In this document: positions 30,486 to 38,622 of the stretch, piece by piece | How positions within the stretch are numbered: position 1 is the first letter of the stretch | Layout of the letters: each line of letters opens with the position of its first letter | Source of the DNA: Chloroflexota bacterium | GTDB taxonomy: Bacteria; Chloroflexota; UBA11872; VXOZ01 | Direction of reading: 5' to 3' | DNA length: 64,000 bases | Assembly: GCA_965221905.1 (NCBI GenBank) | Contig: OZ244922.1 | Coordinates: forward strand, 97,394 to 161,393 | Notes under the pieces: generated by a model | The model's input: only the letters and a program-made list of their open reading frames with translations | Databases searched by the model: none | What the model was told of the DNA's origin: nothing | Program-made: the position numbers and the translations under genes

Positions 30486-31238
30486 TCAGGCGTCTGCAGT
30501 TTCAGCCGCGTTGACGCTTGTCTCCGGGTCGCCGCCGAAGATGCCAAACGGATTCATAGAGCGTGGCACATCGTATACGTCCATGCGTTCGGTGCGCTTG
30601 AGCCAGCCCACCACCAGGTAGGTCAGCGGCGTGGCGAGGATTTCGTAGAGTGTCTTTGCGATCCAAGCGAGTATCATCGCGCGGAAGACGTCCATCGCAG
30701 GCCAGAGTCCGGAGATGCCGAAGGCAATGCCGTAGAACATCACCGAGTCGACGCCTTGGCCGACAAATGTCGACGATATGGTGCGCAGCCAAAGATGCCG
30801 ACCCGCCGTACGGTTCTTGAGGACCACCATCACCATGGCATTGGCGAATTCACCCACCAAGTACGCCGCGAACGAGCCCATCAAGACCCAGGTGGTGGTG
30901 CCCAGTATGGCCTGGTAGGCGTCCTGGTTCTCCCAGAAGACGGCGCCGGGGATGATGCCGCCAAGCCAAAAGAAGATGACCATAACCAGGTTGCATGCAA
31001 AACCAAGCCAGATGATGCCGCGAGCGACCCGAAAACCGTACACTTCGGTCAGAATGTCACTGATGATGTAGCTTAGAGGGAAGCAGATGACGGCAACGGA
31101 TACCACGAAACCGGTGCTGCCGAGGAATTCGAAGGGCAGATCGAAGAGCGAGAGGGGCTTGGCGGCGATCACGTTGCTCACAAGCAGCACGGTGACTGCC
31201 AGGGCGGCGATGATGACGAGCTTGCCGGAAAACCGCAT
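30486..31238 (-). CDS. yhhQ: Queuosine precursor transporter (YhhQ/DUF165 family)
   Basis: 250 aa; 6-7 TM helices; conserved YhhQ segment SYIISDILTEVYGFRVARGIIW; adjacent to queF. Confidence 0.8.
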   Translation of the reverse strand: MRFSGKLVIIAALAVTVLLVSNVIAAKPLSLFDLPFEFLGSTGFVVSVAVICFPLSYIISDILTEVYGFRVARGIIWLGFACNLVMVIFFWLGGIIPGAVFWENQDAYQAILGTTTWVLMGSFAAYLVGEFANAMVMVVLKNRTAGRHLWLRTISSTFVGQGVDSVMFYGIAFGISGLWPAMDVFRAMILAWIAKTLYEILATPLTYLVVGWLKRTERMDVYDVPRSMNPFGIFGGDPETSVNAAETADA

Positions 31239-31294
31239 TGACCCTTAGACCTCCTTGTTGTTGGCGAATTAAGTTTGCCTGACGTATCGCAGGC
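31239..31294 (-). ncRNA. Candidate preQ1-I-like riboswitch in the yhhQ leader (speculative)
   Basis: On the minus strand: 5-bp stem gcctg/caggc with 8-nt loop, then A-rich tail aaacuuaauucgccaacaacaaggagg running into the SD and ATG at 31238; layout resembles a preQ1-I aptamer plus SD sequestration. Confidence 0.2.
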
Positions 31295-31419
31295 AGTATA
31301 GTGCAAAATGCGCTGTCGGTTCAAGGCACGGGGTGTGACCGGGAGTTCGCGTGGCACCTGGGAGGCGCGACGTAGTGTTGGAATAAAAAAAGGCTATCGC
31401 CTGTGGGAGGTTTTTCAAC

Positions 31420-33027
31420 GTGGTAATAGATTCAGGCTTGGTCGGACATTGGATGTTAGACGGTAATTTTGACGATCGCTCGGGCAATGGCAATCACGGT
31501 CAAAGCAACGGAGCGGTTGCACTTACGCCGCCAAATCCGATTGCCAGCCTGCCGGGAACGGCCCAATTCGACGGTCGCAGTGCGTGCATCACGGTGCCCC
31601 ATAGCGAGACCCTGGCGCTAGGCACGGCGGACTTCTCCATGGCGGCGTGGGTGAACACGAACCGGATCACGACCGACGTGCCCGGCGATATCCTCAGCAA
31701 GTTCTGCGGCGGCACGCGGCGCGGCTTCAACTTCGGCATTCAGACCGCTGCCGGCGTGGCCTCCTCCCAAAGCAACTGGCGCAACGTCTTCTTCGGCATA
31801 GACGACGGCAAGGTGGAGCCGGGATGGACCAACAACGGCAGGCCAGGTAACGCGCAGTGCGTCATGGGCATGGCCGTGCACGAGGGCGCGCTCTACGCCG
31901 GCACCTATGAGGGCGGCGCGGGCGAGACCGGGCACGTCTACCGCTTCGCGGGCGGAACTGCTTGGGAGGACTGCGGTGCACCCGCCGACTGCAATGCCGT
32001 GAGCACGCTGGCAGTATACGACGGCGATCTTTACGCGGGGGTGAGTTGCTACCGCGCGCAGGGCTCCAGTCTGCCGGAGTCGCCGAACCGACGACCGGGC
32101 GGCAGCGTCTATCGCTATGCCGGGGGCAAGGAGTGGGTGGACTACGGCCAACTCGGTGACGCCGAGGACGTGTTCGGCTTGGCGGTCTACAACGGCGAAC
32201 TCTACGGCTCGGCCATGTACTCTGCGGGCATGTTCAAATACGCGGGCGGCAAGACCTGGCTGCCCTGCGGCGACCCGGGCACGCGAGTCGCGGTGCTGGG
32301 CGTCTTCCAAGGCGGTCTCTATGCCACGGGCTACGACGTGGGCGGCGTCTTCCGCTACGAGGGCGCACAACACTGGTCCTTCTGCGGGAATGCGAGCGCT
32401 TCAACCCAGCTCTATTCGTTTGCGTCGTATCAGGGCCTACTCCATACCGGTGTGTGGCCCAGCGGGTCCGTATACCGCCAGGAAGACGGCCTGCCTTGGC
32501 TCGATTGCGGACGCTTGGGCGAGGAGCTGGAAGTCATGGGCATGATGGTCTACAACGGGAAGCTCTACGCCGGCACGCTGCCTACAGGTTCCGTATATCG
32601 CTACGACGGTGAGGGCGAGTGGGTGTCCACGGGTCAACTCGACACCACGCCGGACGTCAAATACCGTCGCGCCTGGACCATGGCGGTCTACCAGGGCCGC
32701 CTCTTCTGCGGCACGCTGCCGTCAGGGAACGTGCTCTCGCTGGAGGGCGGCAAAAATGTGACCCACGACCATGCGCTGCCAGGCGGCTGGCATCACTTGG
32801 CGGCCGTCCGCGCCGACGACGTGTTGCGGCTGTACGTTGACGGCGCGCTGGTAGCAACGTCCGCGCCGTTCAACGCCGCCGATTACGACCTTTCAACCGA
32901 GGAGCCGCTGCACATCGGCTTCGGCGCCATCGGCCACTTCAGCGGCAGTCTGGGTGATGTGCGGCTCTACAACCGGGCGCTGAGCGATGCGGAGGTTGAG
33001 CAAGTCTTCGAGAGACCACGTCTATGA
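31420..33027 (+). CDS. LamG-like (concanavalin-type lectin) protein interrupted by about 8 YAG/beta-propeller-like repeats
   Basis: 535 aa; N-terminus LVGHWMLDGNFDDRSGNGNHG...FSMAAWV and C-terminus WHHLAAVRADDVLRLYVDGALV...GSLGDVRLYNRALSDAEV form two halves of one LamG_3-type domain; repeated VYRYAGG..W.DCG / LYAG(T) motifs between them; no signal peptide. Confidence 0.6.
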   Translation: MVIDSGLVGHWMLDGNFDDRSGNGNHGQSNGAVALTPPNPIASLPGTAQFDGRSACITVPHSETLALGTADFSMAAWVNTNRITTDVPGDILSKFCGGTRRGFNFGIQTAAGVASSQSNWRNVFFGIDDGKVEPGWTNNGRPGNAQCVMGMAVHEGALYAGTYEGGAGETGHVYRFAGGTAWEDCGAPADCNAVSTLAVYDGDLYAGVSCYRAQGSSLPESPNRRPGGSVYRYAGGKEWVDYGQLGDAEDVFGLAVYNGELYGSAMYSAGMFKYAGGKTWLPCGDPGTRVAVLGVFQGGLYATGYDVGGVFRYEGAQHWSFCGNASASTQLYSFASYQGLLHTGVWPSGSVYRQEDGLPWLDCGRLGEELEVMGMMVYNGKLYAGTLPTGSVYRYDGEGEWVSTGQLDTTPDVKYRRAWTMAVYQGRLFCGTLPSGNVLSLEGGKNVTHDHALPGGWHHLAAVRADDVLRLYVDGALVATSAPFNAADYDLSTEEPLHIGFGAIGHFSGSLGDVRLYNRALSDAEVEQVFERPRL

Positions 33028-33184
33028 ATAAGTTGCCACATGTTCGCAAGAACGCCTCCTGCGGATGGCCTTGACCGAAGAAATATCCCGAAGCCTTACG
33101 ACATGGTTTGCAAGCTAAGCCAACGAAGACTTGTCGTCACCTCGTACGGCCAGGGCCAGCTTAGCACCTAGCCAGAGAGCGAAA

Positions 33185-33781
33185 CTACGTGGCGGCGGTG
33201 GTGCTAATCTTCGATTCTCGCCTCCGCATCCGCTCTCGTTGGACTCGCTTGTTTGCACCGGTTGCGTTGATACGCCACCTAAGCATCGCTTCACTCGCGC
33301 CAAGGCGTTCCCGAGCTTCTTGCTCTGTGAATTTGCCTCGCGCGACAGCGAGTGCCATGTCAGAGGTGACCAGCAACTCGCCACCAAGCCAATTTGCTTC
33401 CTCTTCCCTACCATCATTCCAATTCCTGCATCCCGTCGACGGGTCAAGAGCGGGTTCAGGTTCGTGGAGTAGGAGGGCGTGGGCCAGTTCATGTGCCAAA
33501 TCACTATTCTGCCGAACCTTGGAGTGAGAATCGTTGTGGACGATTATCCTGCGATGACCGTCAAAGACGGTGAGAGCGGAGAATGCCTCCTGCTCTTCTG
33601 AAAGGAAATACTGAATTCTGGCCGAATCGGGTACGAGGCGGCTCAGCGGCTCAACAGGAATCTCTAAGTGTTGGGCAAGGCCGAGAGGGTCGAGGCCATC
33701 GAGCGGCCCAAGCCCAAGTTCAGCCCTGACTTCCAAAGCCAATTTGGTTGCTTCAGACTTGAATCCCCTTCGAAGTTTCAC
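33185..33781 (-). CDS. ImmA/IrrE-family Zn metallopeptidase (CapP-like)
   Basis: 198 aa; HEXXH motif in DLAHELAHALLLHEP; GTG start 3 nt after the HTH gene stop. Confidence 0.75.
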   Translation of the reverse strand: MKLRRGFKSEATKLALEVRAELGLGPLDGLDPLGLAQHLEIPVEPLSRLVPDSARIQYFLSEEQEAFSALTVFDGHRRIIVHNDSHSKVRQNSDLAHELAHALLLHEPEPALDPSTGCRNWNDGREEEANWLGGELLVTSDMALAVARGKFTEQEARERLGASEAMLRWRINATGANKRVQRERMRRRESKISTTAAT

Positions 33782-33784
33782 CAG

Positions 33785-34144
33785 CTACTCCTGTTTTCTC
33801 AGTCGCTGATAGGTCAGCTTTACTACCTCATCAAGTGTTGCCGCTGCTTCCGGCGTCAGGTTCTTGTCGCTTCTGAGGTAGGTCGAAATCATCGCCAGGG
33901 GCTCGGGCTCGCCTTGCTTGTTCTCAGAACGTACAAAGTCGTCTGCCTTGAGCCCAGACCAAGACACCAGCGCGGCTAGTCCATCGACATCCGGCCTCTT
34001 TCCTTGGGCCATTCTCGTCAGAGTCGAAGCGCTGACCCCCGACTGGGCGGCGACTTCCTTCCAGTTGAGGTTCCTTGACCTGCGCGTTGCGTCCAGTGCC
34101 TCGTAAAATCCCTTGCTGTCGAATTTCCCGTGCTTCTGGTCCAT
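33785..34144 (-). CDS. XRE-family helix-turn-helix transcriptional regulator (CapH-like)
   Basis: About 119 aa from MDQKHGKF; HTH LNWKEVAAQSGVSASTLTRMAQGKRPDVDGLAALVSW. Confidence 0.75.
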   Translation of the reverse strand: MDQKHGKFDSKGFYEALDATRRSRNLNWKEVAAQSGVSASTLTRMAQGKRPDVDGLAALVSWSGLKADDFVRSENKQGEPEPLAMISTYLRSDKNLTPEAAATLDEVVKLTYQRLRKQE

Positions 34145-34161
34145 CTGGGCCTCCCTATGGG

Positions 34162-34190
34162 TTGCAATTCTCAAAACGACCACCTATAAT
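34162..34190 (+). promoter_or_regulatory. Near-consensus sigma70-type promoter TTGCAA-N17-TATAAT facing the Ubl operon, with flanking inverted repeat ggttgc...gcaacc
   Basis: ttgcaa at 34162-34167, tataat at 34185-34190; inverted repeat at 34160-34166 and 34207-34213; about 55 bp upstream of the ATG at 34246. Confidence 0.5.
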
Positions 34191-34245
34191 AGAATTATTG
34201 GTTAGCAACCGAACACCGCAATAGCAATCGAAAGGATTGTACCAC

Positions 34246-34494
34246 ATGAATGGCGATACGCAAATCTACGTGAGCGGCCGAGAGCATAAAGTCTCAGGTA
34301 ATGTCGTGAGCTACGAGCAGATCGTGAAGATCTGGAACGAGCTGCACAAGACTGAGAACAAGCACATCATTGGCACGCCCGGCATCGACTACGAAGACGA
34401 CCTGAAAGGTGAGGACGGTGTCCTCCAGCAAGGCAAAGACGTTAGAGTCAAGGACGGCACGAGTTTCTCTGTCGACCCGGAACATGTCTCGTAA
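34246..34494 (+). CDS. Small beta-grasp ubiquitin-like protein (Mub/ThiS-like), first gene of the operon
   Basis: 82 aa; pattern I.VSG....VSG..VSYEQI....T.....I......YE....G.DG.L..GKDV.VKDGTSF resembles E1/E2-associated multiubiquitin-type Ubl domains; AAAGGA RBS; stop overlaps the next gene start by 11 nt. Confidence 0.5.
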   Translation: MNGDTQIYVSGREHKVSGNVVSYEQIVKIWNELHKTENKHIIGTPGIDYEDDLKGEDGVLQQGKDVRVKDGTSFSVDPEHVS

Positions 34495-35671
34495 GGACCG
34501 CCTCACTGCGTTCGGCGAGCAGGCCGGGTTTGGCGTCAAAGTCGAATCCGATTTAGTGCGGGCCGTACAGGTTCCGTGTCTCCTTTCAGACTGCTCTGTC
34601 GGCACTTGCACTATTGAGACGTCTTACAATCCCGCCAGCGGGAAACCGGACAGAAAGATCGGCGGGGACGTACATGCAGTGCGGATCACAATCAACGAAG
34701 AGTGCGACGGGCGCGTGTACCACGCAGATGGAACACCAATCGGGAACTACGTCGACGGTGACGACAAGACCTGGTCGAACATTTCAATCAAGAAAGGGTG
34801 GCAAGGAAGTCCCGAGGAAGACGCGACGGCAAGCGACTTGATCCACCGCTATGCGAAGCACATCGTAGGGGCAGTGTCGGCTGCCGGATACTCTGGGACC
34901 AATTTTCTTGCAAAGCCCGGTCCGTTCAAGATCCCCAACACTTTTGAGGCGCGGGCAGCGATAGGTCCAGTGCAAGACCGCATCCGTGATCAACGTATTG
35001 CGATCATCGGACTGGGTGGTACGGGTGCTTACGTCCTAGACCTCATGGCGAAGACGCCGGTGTCGGAAATCCATCTTCTGGATGCCGACTTTGTTGATTG
35101 GCACACCTTCATGCGGGCCCCCGGCGCACCTACTACCGAGGAGATTGAATCGCGGCGAAAAGAACGTTCGCGAAAAGTAGCTTACTACTATTCCAAGTAC
35201 GAGTCACTCCGCGAAGGCATATTCGTGCACGAAATTCGAGTGGACAGCGCCACAGTTTTCAATGAGTTTCTGTCGGACCATCCCATCGACTATGCCTTTG
35301 TGTGTATCGACCAACTGACCGAAGGTGATTCGCCGCGTCAGGATGTAGTGTACTGTGCGCTCTCTGAGGCGTGGGTTCCGTTCATAGATTCGGGCGTGAG
35401 CATTACGGTGGAGAACTCCGCCGTTAGCGGCGCGGTGACGACAAACTCCTTTGACGCGGGCTCTGTGGCGTGGAAGAAAAACATACCGAATGCTAGAGTC
35501 GAGGGCAACATGCCGGGCTATCGCAACATTCAACTGCCGGAAGTGAACGCGCTTGCGGCGGCACTCGCTGTGATGGAGTGGCGGCGGCGCACTGGGCAGT
35601 ATGTTTCGGAGTCAGAATCGTCTCTCCATAAGTTGCGATTTAAGAAGCCGGACATTTTATGTGTGAAATGA
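34484..35671 (+). CDS. Fusion of an N-terminal E2-like domain with a C-terminal E1-like ThiF/MoeB adenylyltransferase
   Basis: 395 aa; Rossmann motif RIAIIGLGGTGAYVLDLMAKT...HLLDADFVD (GxGxxG plus DxD) typical of ThiF/E1; N-terminal about 170 aa with conserved-looking HAVRITINEEC (His about 10 residues before Cys, UBC-like). Confidence 0.65.
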   Translation: MSRKDRLTAFGEQAGFGVKVESDLVRAVQVPCLLSDCSVGTCTIETSYNPASGKPDRKIGGDVHAVRITINEECDGRVYHADGTPIGNYVDGDDKTWSNISIKKGWQGSPEEDATASDLIHRYAKHIVGAVSAAGYSGTNFLAKPGPFKIPNTFEARAAIGPVQDRIRDQRIAIIGLGGTGAYVLDLMAKTPVSEIHLLDADFVDWHTFMRAPGAPTTEEIESRRKERSRKVAYYYSKYESLREGIFVHEIRVDSATVFNEFLSDHPIDYAFVCIDQLTEGDSPRQDVVYCALSEAWVPFIDSGVSITVENSAVSGAVTTNSFDAGSVAWKKNIPNARVEGNMPGYRNIQLPEVNALAAALAVMEWRRRTGQYVSESESSLHKLRFKKPDILCVK

Positions 35672-35689
35672 CCTGCGAGGGTAAATGCC

Positions 35690-36106
35690 TTGAAGCTCCA
35701 TCCCATCTTTGTGGAGATTATGCCCGATTTCGACGCAATCAAAGATGGCGAGCTTTGGATCAGCCACAAGCATCGGACAATAAATCTGCGCTGTCCATAT
35801 GGCTGTGGCGAATTGACGGTGCTGTCCCTCCACCCCAGTCGATGGCACGTTTACTTCGATGGGAAGTCGGTCTCCCTTGACGGTCCAACGGGTGGGTCCG
35901 TGTGGGCTAGATCCTGCTGTGGTAGCCACTACAAAATTCTAAACAACATTGTGATTTGGTTGGAAGGGATCGATCCAGGTCGCCATTCGGAGTATGCGGA
36001 TGGCGAGCGGACCCGCATGCTTGGCTCAACCTCGAATGGTCAGACTCTTCGTTCATGGCTCAGACGCATATGGCATGTTATGTCGTTGGGCAGTTGGCCT
36101 AAGTAG
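35690..36106 (+). CDS. Cys-rich small protein (CxxC ... CCxxH), probable Zn-binding, third operon gene (possibly DUF6527-like)
   Basis: 128-138 aa; CPYGCGE and SCCGSHY motifs; likely ATG at 35720 after GGAG; 19 nt after the E1 stop. Confidence 0.45.
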   Translation: MKLHPIFVEIMPDFDAIKDGELWISHKHRTINLRCPYGCGELTVLSLHPSRWHVYFDGKSVSLDGPTGGSVWARSCCGSHYKILNNIVIWLEGIDPGRHSEYADGERTRMLGSTSNGQTLRSWLRRIWHVMSLGSWPK

Positions 36107-36257
36107 TATTGCTCTATTCCGCTAGGTCGAGTGGGGCTATCTGATGCTCTGATCAGGCTAACCGTCCAATGGTCGCAAGACTAGCACACGTCTTATTGGG
36201 TCGCTGTAAAGGCGACGGGCCACACCGTCTCATCGAATCAAGTAAGGACTGATGACC

Positions 36258-37127
36258 TTAACCTCCCAGTTTGGATCGTATACCTTCCTCGAACTCAGTC
36301 AAAGTAACGGGAGAGCCACCCGTCAGTCCCTCGGTGGCCCTCTCAAGTGTCGTGATGTGGACACTATCCCTAACAAGCTTAAAGCGTCTGCCGTCGTCGA
36401 CTTCTTGGAAGTCTACAGTAAACCACGCTATGTCCCCGTTGGACAGGTCGCCAACCTCCTCCATATGCCCAAGGGATTCGAAGAAGTGCTTGTCAACCAC
36501 TACTGCCATCTTCTTGCCCCATCGACGGAGCGTAGGCACTTTGATCTGCAACTGGGGCATTAGACGCTTCGGGCCGCTACTCCGATAGTCAGGTCGCCGT
36601 ATCTGTCTCGGAAAGGGCGGGTGTTCTCCATCATAATCCCTGATGTACCGGAACTCTTCACTCATGCTCCTGCCGGAAAAGTAGACAGCTTGAATCTCCA
36701 AGGCGCACCAATTGAGCGCTGCCGAACAGGTCTCCTGATCTGCCAGAACCATGTCTATTCGCCCTACGTCGGTGTTTCCATCCTCTGCCCTCAGGAAGCC
36801 AATCTCGGTGGCTATGTCGGGTGCGGAAGTGCCCAAGACAGTTTCACCCACCCATTGAAAGATCGTCTTGTCCTCTTCAAATCGCCGTGGACAGAGCACC
36901 CTCAGTCCGGCCTCCGCACCCGATTCAGGTATTGCTACACCGTCGGAATCTTCGTACGATCTGAATGAACAAACACCTCCCCTCTTTGTGCATTGTCCTC
37001 CACCCATGCGAAAGGGGCATGGGTGGGAACCGGTTCCAGCGGAGTATGCGCGCCGTTCGTCTTGCGTCAAACCGACGAATGAATGTCCGTACCACTCCCC
37101 TATGCCAAAGCGTCGAGGCCGAGTCAT
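36258..37127 (-). CDS. Candidate type II restriction endonuclease with N-terminal Cys-cluster
   Basis: 289 aa; start overlaps the methyltransferase stop (ATGA); N-terminal HPCPFRMGGGQCTKRGGVCSF cluster; candidate PD-(D/E)xK-like segment IDMVLAD...ALEIQ. Confidence 0.45.
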   Translation of the reverse strand: MTRPRRFGIGEWYGHSFVGLTQDERRAYSAGTGSHPCPFRMGGGQCTKRGGVCSFRSYEDSDGVAIPESGAEAGLRVLCPRRFEEDKTIFQWVGETVLGTSAPDIATEIGFLRAEDGNTDVGRIDMVLADQETCSAALNWCALEIQAVYFSGRSMSEEFRYIRDYDGEHPPFPRQIRRPDYRSSGPKRLMPQLQIKVPTLRRWGKKMAVVVDKHFFESLGHMEEVGDLSNGDIAWFTVDFQEVDDGRRFKLVRDSVHITTLERATEGLTGGSPVTLTEFEEGIRSKLGG

Positions 37128-38080
37128 GGTGTTAGCTCGCGGGATGTGATGAGTAACTCGTACATCACCGCGTGGTGCGTATTCTTCATTGGAATCTTGG
37201 CCAGGTGGAATCCTCGCCTGAGCGCCATGTCAACTACGTCGGGACTCTCGTCGTAGGTCATCATGAAAACGCCTCGTACCCGCGACATACGCTCGAACAG
37301 GTTCTCGTGGTCGATCTCGTTGTACGTATACAGACGCCTTCCCGCCCGCTTGCCCGCGGCGGTGTAGGGAGGGTCGATGAAGAACGCGGCTGCCACGTTG
37401 TCCTTGCACAATTCTACGAGGCCCACACCATCTCCCTGGAAGAAGTCGAATCGCTCGGCATAGTTCCCTATGGCGCGAATGCGGGCTGCTAGAGTGTCGG
37501 CGTACCAGCGGGAGGAGATTCCATGGCCGTTCTCTCCCTGCTTCATCACCGAGGCGCCCTTGGCCATGATGCCACCCCGACTGACCCTATTCCGCAACAG
37601 GGTCTGAAAGGCGGCGTCCATTCCGGATGCCCCGGCATCCTCGAACACAGTGCTCACGTTCTCTGAAGTCGCTACGAAACCTTCGACGCGCCGAGCAAGT
37701 TCCTCGGCGTCATCGAGCATGCACTGCCAGAGATTGGATATGTCCGGGTCCCTCTCGCATAGCACTGCACGATCCACATAACTGTCCATGACAGCCGTTA
37801 GGGATGCGATTCCGCCACCAGCAAACGGTTCAACGAAAACTTCTGGGCGGAAGTCGAGCCCTGCCAGAAACCTCCGTATTTCGGGCACAAGCCATGTCTT
37901 GCCGCCTGGATAGCGCAAAGGGCTTCGCTGCGGAACCGACGAGACGTTTACGGCCGTGTCGGATAGCACCGGAATCGCTTGCGCGACTTTCAGTTCGGCG
38001 GCGCCTTTGGCCCGCTCCTCCGTAAGAGAGGTCGCGTCGCTTTGGTTGAATGTGAATAAGTCTGTTCGAGGTTCCGTCAT
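37124..38080 (-). CDS. Dam-family (D12 class) N6-adenine DNA methyltransferase
   Basis: 318 aa; SAM motif LRYPGGKTWL and catalytic FFIDPPY. Confidence 0.8.
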   Translation of the reverse strand: MTEPRTDLFTFNQSDATSLTEERAKGAAELKVAQAIPVLSDTAVNVSSVPQRSPLRYPGGKTWLVPEIRRFLAGLDFRPEVFVEPFAGGGIASLTAVMDSYVDRAVLCERDPDISNLWQCMLDDAEELARRVEGFVATSENVSTVFEDAGASGMDAAFQTLLRNRVSRGGIMAKGASVMKQGENGHGISSRWYADTLAARIRAIGNYAERFDFFQGDGVGLVELCKDNVAAAFFIDPPYTAAGKRAGRRLYTYNEIDHENLFERMSRVRGVFMMTYDESPDVVDMALRRGFHLAKIPMKNTHHAVMYELLITSRELTP

Positions 38081-38469
38081 TGGCGGTCTATGTACTCTTC
38101 AGAATAGCCAAGAGCACTGTCCTAAGTTCTTTTCGGTCTGTGCTGTAACTCTCTTCTGATCATGTCTCGTATCATCCCCAACAGTTGTGTTGAAGTCAAG
38201 GTGTCGTGTAGCCACTTGCTGGTGGTAACCAAGCTACGCACATAAGCCCTCTTCACGGGGTGACGGAATGTCGGGACCGCTGGTGGTGGTTTGTCCGTGC
38301 ACAGGAGAAGTGTGCGGCCGCAAGTTGCGTTTTGCGTTAGCGACTTGCAGAGAGCAATTACTCTTGTGACAGCAGCCAGGCTATCAAAGCTTCCACGAAG
38401 GCGTCGCCGTAGCCGGGGGCATGGCTGCTGCCCGCGTCCAGCCAAACGGCATTCGTGCTTGGCCCCGAA

Positions 38470-38590
38470 TCTTGGGACTAAGACAGGGCCGCGGCGAGCG
38501 AGGCTCGAAGTCGGCGATCAAGACGGTACACAGCGAGTAAGACTCGAGCTCTGCGACTAAGACAGGTACGCGGTGAGTAGGACAGAAGAA
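38470..38590. repeat. Degenerate short tandem repeats (gagtaagac / gactaagacagg-like units)
   Basis: Repeated taagac(a)g motifs at irregular spacing in the intergenic region. Confidence 0.4.
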
Positions 38591-38622
38591 CCCAAACGAG
38601 AAGGCAGAGTCCGGTGTGTGGG

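Noticed and set aside
38122-38445. ORF of 107 aa downstream of the methyltransferase gene
   Set aside because: It is Arg-rich with no RBS, lies in a repeat-containing intergenic region, and is probably noncoding.
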